Shown here piece by piece: positions 56,927-64,000 of a DNA stretch of 64,000 bases. The stretch lies in contig CAVXZB010000084.1 in assembly GCA_963765895.1 (NCBI GenBank), positions 384,001 to 448,000 on the forward strand, in the 5' to 3' direction. Positions within the stretch are counted from its first letter, which is position 1; each line of letters begins with the position of its first letter. Under the pieces are notes generated by a model. That model searched no databases, was not told the DNA's origin, and saw nothing but the letters and a program-made list of their open reading frames with translations. Origin of the DNA: an uncultured Nitrososphaeraceae archaeon. Lineage in GTDB: Archaea > Thermoproteota > Nitrososphaeria > Nitrososphaerales > Nitrososphaeraceae. The position numbers were made by a program, and so were the translations under genes.

Positions 56927-57467
56927 CAGCTAATCACTGACTAACTCCCAAGCAATTGTCTATGAATTTGATGTTTATATCTATTGCACTTATTGGATAG
57001 CTGCCAGAATATCTTGACCAAGTCTATTAGGACAGAACTGAGAATAATTCTAACGAAACCCTTACATATGTTAAAGAATTCATTTTTGCCCTAATATCTT
57101 ATTATGTAATGACTGCATATCTATAATTTTTACATAATCTAGCGCGAAAGCATATATAAGTTCGATTACTGCTCCCCTTAACTATTCTTTTCTTGGTTAA
57201 TTCATAGAGTTCTTATCTTGACTGAAAAATAATTGAGGATACGTCCTGAGCTATATATCTTCTCCATGCACAAAATCTAGACTACTAGAATATGCAAGAA
57301 AATCATAGAATCACTTATCGGCTGAACACTAGACATTCAATAAGATTAAATAACTATTATTTATTTTCCAGAATTTAGAGACTAATATAAACAATAGCCG
57401 TTATTATTGATAATGTTAACTTTTCAAAGATTCGAATTGTTTGGAATGTAGTAGTCGCGCGTATATC

Positions 57468-57698
57468 TTAAACAGTAAATTCTAATAATGCGTTTCGTGA
57501 TTTGTTGAGATAAAGATTATTTCCGTCATAATGATCAACTATTGATTTTGGAACTATATACTCGTGCGATTTTATATTTGTGCCTTCTATTATCACTAAT
57601 TTGTCCTTATATTCTGCAATTACATTGCCACAGGACTTTTGATCGCTAGCTTTAACACCTTTTTTTGATTCTGTTAAGTATGACCAGTCTATCTCCAT
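57468..57698 (-). CDS. Small PRC-barrel-like protein
   Basis: IDW..KKGVKASDQKSCGNV..IIEG..YIVPKSIVDHYDG..L; aligns with paralogues in the window. Confidence 0.7.
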   Translation of the reverse strand: MEIDWSYLTESKKGVKASDQKSCGNVIAEYKDKLVIIEGTNIKSHEYIVPKSIVDHYDGNNLYLNKSRNALLEFTV

Positions 57699-57930
57699 AA
57701 TTTATCACGCATAAACAAATGAACTTTAAGATATATAAAGATCTTACAGCATTATAATTATAAGGACTAGTTGGAACCACCTCATCCAAATAGTCTAATT
57801 TCTGGTTTCTCGAACCACATTTACATAGTTAGAACAGCCATATAAAAATGTAGATTAAACTATTATATACCTAAATCCGATATTATAAAATAAAAAAGGC
57901 AAAGTAAAAAATTGGACAAGGTTACCGCTT

Positions 57931-58615
57931 TTAATATTCTTCCTCTTCTTTTCTAGCAGTACCTTTTACTCTAACCTCTTCACTTGTTACCTGATCACTT
58001 ACTGTCTTAGTCTCTGTCACTGGTTTTTTCTTGACAGCTACCTCCTCCTTCACATATGGCTGCTTTGTTACCTGCACTTCTTCTTGCTTTAATGGAACTC
58101 TAATTTCTTGTTCAGATTCTACAGGTCTATCTGATGCTGAAGTCGTCGTTGTTGTTCCGCTAGCAGGTCTTCTTTCTACAGAGATTTCTTCATGTGTAAC
58201 CGGTACTTCAACAGTCTTTGTCTCAGTAACAGGTGTTTTTGTAATTGTTGCTTCCTTGGTAGATTGACTTTTTGATACTCCCAGTCTCTCTTCTGTTACT
58301 GGAACAGTTGTTTCCTCTACTTTAGTTCTATCAGCGGTACTTTGTGTTCTACTTGTAAGTGAGGACGGGGGAGATTCTCTCATATATTTTGATTGTACCT
58401 CTGCTTCAGATATCCTAAAACGTAGTTTATCGCCATCATAGCTTTCCACCTTGTCTTTTGGAATATAAAATTTCTCCTTATTTAAGAGTCCTTTTTTGTA
58501 CTAGGATATAGTTTGAATCAACTTCTTGTACTTCTCCCAGGTCTTCGTCACCGCTACCTCGTGCCTCTTTTTTTATTACGTCATCCCAATCTATGTTACT
58601 AGTAGATGTTGCCAT
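57931..58615 (-). CDS. PRC-barrel-like plus YsnF/AvaK (DUF2382) protein; extra base at ~58495
   Basis: Repaired N-terminus MATSTSNIDWDDVIKKEARGSGDEDLGEVQEV..QKGLLNKEKFYIPKDKVESYDG; C-terminal VPVTEERL..VPVTHEEISVERRP..VPLKQEEVQVTKQPYVKEEV. Confidence 0.85.
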
Positions 58616-59140
58616 TTTGTAGATAGATATTAATACTTTATAATAGTTGTAGAAAATTTTTTGTACAAGTATAAAATACTAATTAAGTATTATGCAGACA
58701 GTACTTTGTTCAATTGTATGAAGACAAATTGCATCTTTAATAGAAGAAAGGATGGGAGTAATCTAAGGATATATTAGCAGGCGGTTCCGCGTGGTTTTTC
58801 TCAAACAAAAGATATCGTTAGTTAATCCTTTGCTGCTGTTTTTTCTAAATGATGTCGAAAAAAATTCGATTCCGACATGCAAGTAATCCCTATCTAAAAA
58901 GATTCGAATTAGGCTTATTTTTTATTTATAAATACAATCAATAGGACAATAATAGAGAGACGCAGCTTCGCTGCCTCCTGGAACCTTGTCATTATTAGAA
59001 ATATTATGTGCAAGGCCTCACTTGGAACTTCAAGACACGCGCTGGAAAGTGTATCACAGCGTAGTTAGGAATTTGAGGTGTAATTGTTGATGCTAGCGGA
59101 AGGATTATAGCCTCCATAAACCTAATTACATACAGGAACA

Positions 59141-59368
59141 TTGAAACCAGTTTCTAATGGTGTTGAGAGAATTGCTACAGCTGCAGATACGTCAGCGCAC
59201 AAAATTAGAGGATTAAGTACTCAACTAACAGCGTTAGCCGAAGAAGCAAAGAAAGCAGGTGGATTCCAGCAGGCCTTCGGTCCTCTTGGAGATATTTTGG
59301 ATATTGGTGGCGATCAGAAAATAATACAAGAACACGAAAATAAAGTGTCACCGGGTACACATAGATAA
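59141..59368 (+). CDS. Hypothetical helical protein or fragment
   Basis: 75-aa ORF with protein-like composition and no recognisable motif. Confidence 0.35.
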   Translation: MKPVSNGVERIATAADTSAHKIRGLSTQLTALAEEAKKAGGFQQAFGPLGDILDIGGDQKIIQEHENKVSPGTHR

Positions 59369-59629
59369 ATCTTTCCCAGCCGCCTCTTGCAAGTCCACCA
59401 CTCCTAACTATCTACTTAGTGATATCCCACCTAACGTGTGTAGTGATGCCACATCTATTCTTTGCCGTCTAACAATTAACTTTTTTGAAGGCAGATAAAG
59501 CATAATTCAAATTTAAATAATTTGGTTACCCAGAGAGAATGCTAGCGGATCCTATTAATAACAATCGAAGAGAAATCGATATAGATGACAAGAATCAAGA
59601 AGAGCTATTGAGATTGTGAGCCAAGTAAT

Positions 59630-59785
59630 TTGTATAAGAACAGAAATAACTCATTGCGACACCATATTTCTAATAATCGAATGAGACGGCTCCGTAGGAG
59701 CGCTGCAATACGCGACTTGTTTCAAGAAGCACATCTCTGGGTTATAGATCTAGTGGGCCCAATCTTCATACAAGATGGAATATTA
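59630..59785 (+). pseudogene. hemB: N-terminal fragment of porphobilinogen synthase
   Basis: RMRRLRRSAAIRDLFQEAHL..DLVGPIFIQDG matches the HemB N-terminus, then similarity ends. Confidence 0.8.
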
Positions 59786-59838
59786 TACTGTCTTCCTTTT
59801 GATACTATAAGCATAAAATGGCAATTCTTTACTCTCTC

Positions 59839-60500
59839 CTATTCCTGTCTCCTAGTAGCAACCTGAGTATGGAATAATGCTCTACGAATTAAATATGCTG
59901 GAAAGCCTATCAAAAGCAACAGTATTGAGAGTATAATCATGTATGTCCCAGCGTCATTGTGATCGTATATAGAATATACAGTATAAAGTGAAGTCTGTGT
60001 AACAGAAAATAATAGACCTGCAAAACTCATCATACACATCAAAGACAGTAGAAGAAACAGATTAAATGATTCACCAAATGATCTTATAGCTAAATAGCCA
60101 GTTGCTCCAACTACAATAAATGATATGTGTTGAAGAATATGTACCTGTATATGTCGGTCGGCAAAATCAAAAATTGAAGGTATGTGCCAAACGGCTAAGA
60201 TAGAAATAGAAGCTATTATCCATATATCTATATTTAAATTGGTTAATAGTAAAAATTTTGCTTAGTATATGTTTCCATTTAGAAAGTATAGCAAGTCTTA
60301 GTGCAGTTTGGTTAAGTTTTATCTCTTCGTTTTTTAATCTATTTTTAATATTCTTATTATTAGAGGACGATGGTGATATGATAACAAGATATTTTAGAAT
60401 AACTTCTGCTGACATAACAGATGTTGCACCCAGTAAGAAGAAGAATAAATGCTCTAGTATCATATGTCCTGCAAGAGAGACTTCAGTAGATTCTAATATT
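59839..60500 (-). pseudogene. 5'-truncated DUF1404/CtaG-like membrane protein, indel at ~60225
   Basis: HMILEHLFFFLLG, WHIPSIFDFA, HILQHISF, LYTVYSIYDH motifs. Confidence 0.7.
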
Positions 60501-60501
60501 G

Positions 60502-60669
60502 GAGCTGGAGGAAACTGATGACAAGAAAACAAGAGTAGTACTAAATCATTCTGGAATTACAGGAAAAGAAATTGGGAAATTATCATCAGCAGAATTTGAT
60601 AATGGTTGGACGTACTTTTTGGACAGATTGGAAAAATACTGTAAGACTAACAAAGAGAATGGAGTGTAG
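60502..60669 (+). pseudogene. C-terminal fragment of an SRPBCC/AHSA1-domain protein (not in ORF track)
   Basis: ELEETDDKKTRVVLNHSGITGKEIGKLSSAEFDNGWTYFLDRLEKYCKTNKENGV*; no start codon. Confidence 0.75.
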
Positions 60670-61529
60670 TGACAGGAAATTAGTACAAACTAATGACATT
60701 ACAGTATAGTAAATGTAGGCTTAAGCATCTATTAGTTGATAGCACTATACAATCATTTTTATCTCAGCGATGTAAATCTTATATCTGCTAAATCAATTCA
60801 CATCGCTATAATTAATGCAAAAGATCCTCACAATAATTTACTACTCATATATTCATTACTAGTCGACACCTTAAACTTAAAATAATTGAACCGAATGAAT
60901 GCTACATATTAGGGGATCAAATTATGTTATAAATTATGCTGGGTAGGCCTTAGGTCCTATGATCTCTAAATCTATTGGTATCTAAAGTATTAGATGGAAT
61001 AGAGTCCCAAATACCATAATTGTATAAAAATTGATGATTACAATGCCATCAGTGTGTTTTGAAATATTATGAGCAGATCCTTATGACACCAACTATAGTT
61101 TGGATATTCAACTTCTTGATAAACTTGAAATATTAGATTAGTTTGCTTGATAATAGATTTCCATATTCGACGATTAATCTTTTAGTGTAAGCTAGATGAT
61201 ATCTGAAAGTTAGATGGTTGGGTCAACACTGGACTAATCCATTATATCTATCGGAAATGTAAGTTAGTATTATTGGTTATTTTATCGGAATGATTAGCAA
61301 TCATATTTGTATATCATATTTTTATTTCGCTGGCTTTTAGATTTAATGTATCGTAATAATATGAATTCCATAATAAGCAGAGTCAAATTATAGCCGCAAA
61401 ATATTCTTAACTAGCCAGCTAAAATTGATCTTGGCAATATTTTGAAAATCAATAGTGGATCCGAAGTGTTAACGATAATCTTATACTTGCTATATTGAAA
61501 TTAATATGCTAGATGGGAATTTGGGTAAA

Positions 61530-62043
61530 TCAATTATGACAAGACCGTATGTGGTCGCTTAATTCTTTTGGTACATTAAATTCGGTACTGCATAAGTCAC
61601 ATAAATTTATGGTCAGTTTTTTTGAAGTCTCTGGTACAGCATTGGCAACAGAAAGATGCTGTAAAGAAGGTATACCATTTTTACGATATTTTGAAATAAC
61701 CCATTTATTTTTTTATAACTGCCAGTGGTGGAAAATATCCGGCAGTATAATATGGATAGTCCTTTACATAATATCGATATGGGTCCGGCGGTTTGTTTCT
61801 TTCATATTTTTCTTTCACTTCAATTTCTTTGATTTTAAGTCGTAATACTTTATCATCCCATTCCTGGACTTTAGATATAGGAATGTAATAATAATGTAAT
61901 TTTATAAATCCCTTTTTTATAACAAAAATATCTTTATTTACAGCTTCTACTTTACCTATATTCTTGTCATCACTAGCACAAACTGTTTTATTTATATATT
62001 CATTATACTCTTGCGATTTTATGTCTACAGATTTATCAACCAT
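61530..62043 (-). CDS. PRC-barrel-like protein with C-terminal C2H2 zinc finger (homopolymer indel at ~61710)
   Basis: Removing one base extends the ORF to ..LCDLCSTEFNVPKELSDHIRSCHN*. Confidence 0.75.
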
Positions 62044-62061
62044 AATACTCGATGTATCCTC

Positions 62062-62414
62062 TTAGCTCTTTTTACCTTTTTTTGAAATTGATGGTATAAG
62101 AGGGATATTTTTCCTGTCAAAATTGCTATATCCCTGATTTTTCATAAAGTATTTGGCAGGATCGGGTTCACTATCTTTTTCATATTTATCCTTAATTTCT
62201 TGCTCAGTTATAGTTAACCACACTGTCTGTTCATTCTGAACCTTCGATTAAGCTAACTGGAATATAATAATAATAAGTGCACATTAACTATACCTCGCTT
62301 AACAACTACAGTATCTTTACTGGTAGCTTCAATATCACCTATATCTATAGCATCAGAAGTATGTACGGATTCTTGCGTTATATCCGCAATACTTTGCGTC
62401 GTGTCTAAATTCAT
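62062..62414 (-). CDS. PRC-barrel-like paralogue with two indels (not in ORF track)
   Basis: MNLDTTQSIADITQESVHTSDAIDIGDIEATSKDTVVVKRGIVNVH / YYYIPVSLIEG / EQTVWLTITEQEIKDKYEKDSEPDPAKYF; colinear with the 62043 protein. Confidence 0.7.
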
Positions 62415-63740
62415 GGATAGTAATGATTTGGTAAAAAAGATATTTAGCCCTTATATTACTAAAATATTACAAGCACACTTGTGAATACCAGGACTAATTT
62501 TTTTCATGAATAAATTTTCAACAAATATCCGGTCTAGCTTCTTATGTTACTCTCGACTCGTATAGGTCTTATTATTATCGCATCTAATGTCAAAATGGGA
62601 TATATCTAGAAGTACATAAAATCTCTATGTTACAGGACACTATGCATTAAATATTGGCATAAACTGGATAGTTGCTTCCTATGAAATAGTCTATCATTCG
62701 TTACCGTTCCGTTTCTACAGTATATGACATTCATTTATCCTATATTCAGTTGTATATAGATTACATTTCTAGACGGCGTTTACCAGATCAAAAGTATTAT
62801 TTTTACAAGCCAATATAAACTAGTCAAATTCAGGGTATACATAATAAGTATTGACAAAATTGTTTTAATTGGTAAATTATTCACACATGATGAACGTTAA
62901 TATAGACAACCATAGATTCTAAAACAGGTGTTATGCATGATAATAAGAATTTGCTTGTTTATCATTAGAAGCGATTATTTCCTGATGTCCTAAAACTTAA
63001 TGCTACTACTATACAGGTACAAGTTGCAACGGGTCCAAGCAGATAGTATAATAAAGAATATCACTACATCGGTAGTTTTTACGGACTCATCAAAGAATGT
63101 AAATTACTCTAACATTGTATGTGAGTCTTGGCCTTGGACAAATAATTTAGCCGTCAGCTGAATTATAAATAAAATATACATTATAGATGAAGAGATAAAT
63201 AAATAGACTAACTGACAACAAATTAGAAAGTACAATATACATGTTTGCCTATCTTTATATAGTAACTGCAAGCTAGCAAGCTATTGGTTGACCTCTATTA
63301 AGATACTTTTAATCAGGTCATTATACATAGACTAGATAATGGTCAAGTCTATGTTTAGTCACTATTGGAAGCAAAATGTTCTTATCCTAATATTTAGCCT
63401 CGAAATACATCAATTAGATTACATTTGAACATTTCATCTACTTTATCCTATCGTCTTTTTGGAAAATCAAAGTCGATTTGGTTGTTACCTATTTTTCAGA
63501 GATAGACACACAGAGAATCTGCTCACAGATTAAAAGAATTGCAATACTGGAAGAGCTTTTACTTGTTGGCATACGGTCTGCACAGAAAAGTCTCAACAAC
63601 AAGGCAGAAGGTAGAACAACTTTCTTCAATAACTGCGTTTGGTGGTCCAGATCATCATGGAAGAGAAACAAAAAAAGGAAATTATATTATATTATATTTT
63701 ATACTACAACTAAAGAATAAAAGATGGAGGCTGGCTGAAA

Positions 63741-63896
63741 GTGAAGACCTGTCCTATTTGTAAAGGATATGGAAAGTTACCAGTTACGCAGGTACCGAAA
63801 GCAGAATCAGATTGTGAGGAGACAGCAGGTGATTGTCCTACTTGTAAGGGTAAAGGGAAACTAGAGGAGAACGGAAACGAATCAGACAGGACTTAA
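63741..63896 (+). CDS. 51-aa DnaJ-type zinc-finger microprotein (not in ORF track)
   Basis: GTG start with GGAGG upstream; MKTCPICKGYGK..DCPTCKGKGKLEE.. has two CxxCxGxG motifs. Confidence 0.75.
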   Translation: MKTCPICKGYGKLPVTQVPKAESDCEETAGDCPTCKGKGKLEENGNESDRT

Positions 63897-64000
63897 TAAT
63901 TGAGCGCTCGAAAGGTATCAACATGATAACTTATCCGAATTGCATCACCTGATCTCTATGGCATTTATAAAAAACTAAAACTGAATAGAGTACAAGAAAG

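Noticed and set aside
58760-59120. Locally GC-richer intergenic stretch as tRNA or ncRNA
   Set aside because: No cloverleaf, T-loop consensus or convincing stem structure found by eye

Overview
AT-rich, gene-sparse segment of an archaeal chromosome. The gene set (NreA with PIP box, PAC2, mitochondrial-type aconitase, lineage-typical histidine kinases, PsbP-like and cupredoxin secreted proteins) points to a soil ammonia-oxidising archaeon (Nitrososphaeraceae; inference). It holds an arsenic cluster (HxlR-type regulator, arsM, arsC, MIP channel, ArsB/NhaD-type permease), copA, an M1 aminopeptidase, corA, nreA, a Hanks-type kinase, acnA, a WtpA/ModA-like binding protein, a tandem HiPIP-like protein, four PRC-barrel-like paralogues and several gene remnants. 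I saw no rRNA, tRNA, CRISPR or intact mobile element. Many genes are split by 1-bp indels that fall mostly at GCNGC, GTAC or AGCT sites or in homopolymers, which looks like long-read error at methylated motifs. Repairing them reveals genes missing from the ORF track. The strongest candidate for an undescribed system is the 15.2-20.6 kb locus: four secreted proteins built from one disulfide-hairpin repeat (Q-x3-C-x12-C-x-N-x7-N-[ST]-G-G), three of which share a palindromic upstream element. A second pair of curlin/chaplin-like secreted peptides flanks corA. Together these suggest an archaeal functional amyloid or extracellular fibre system.
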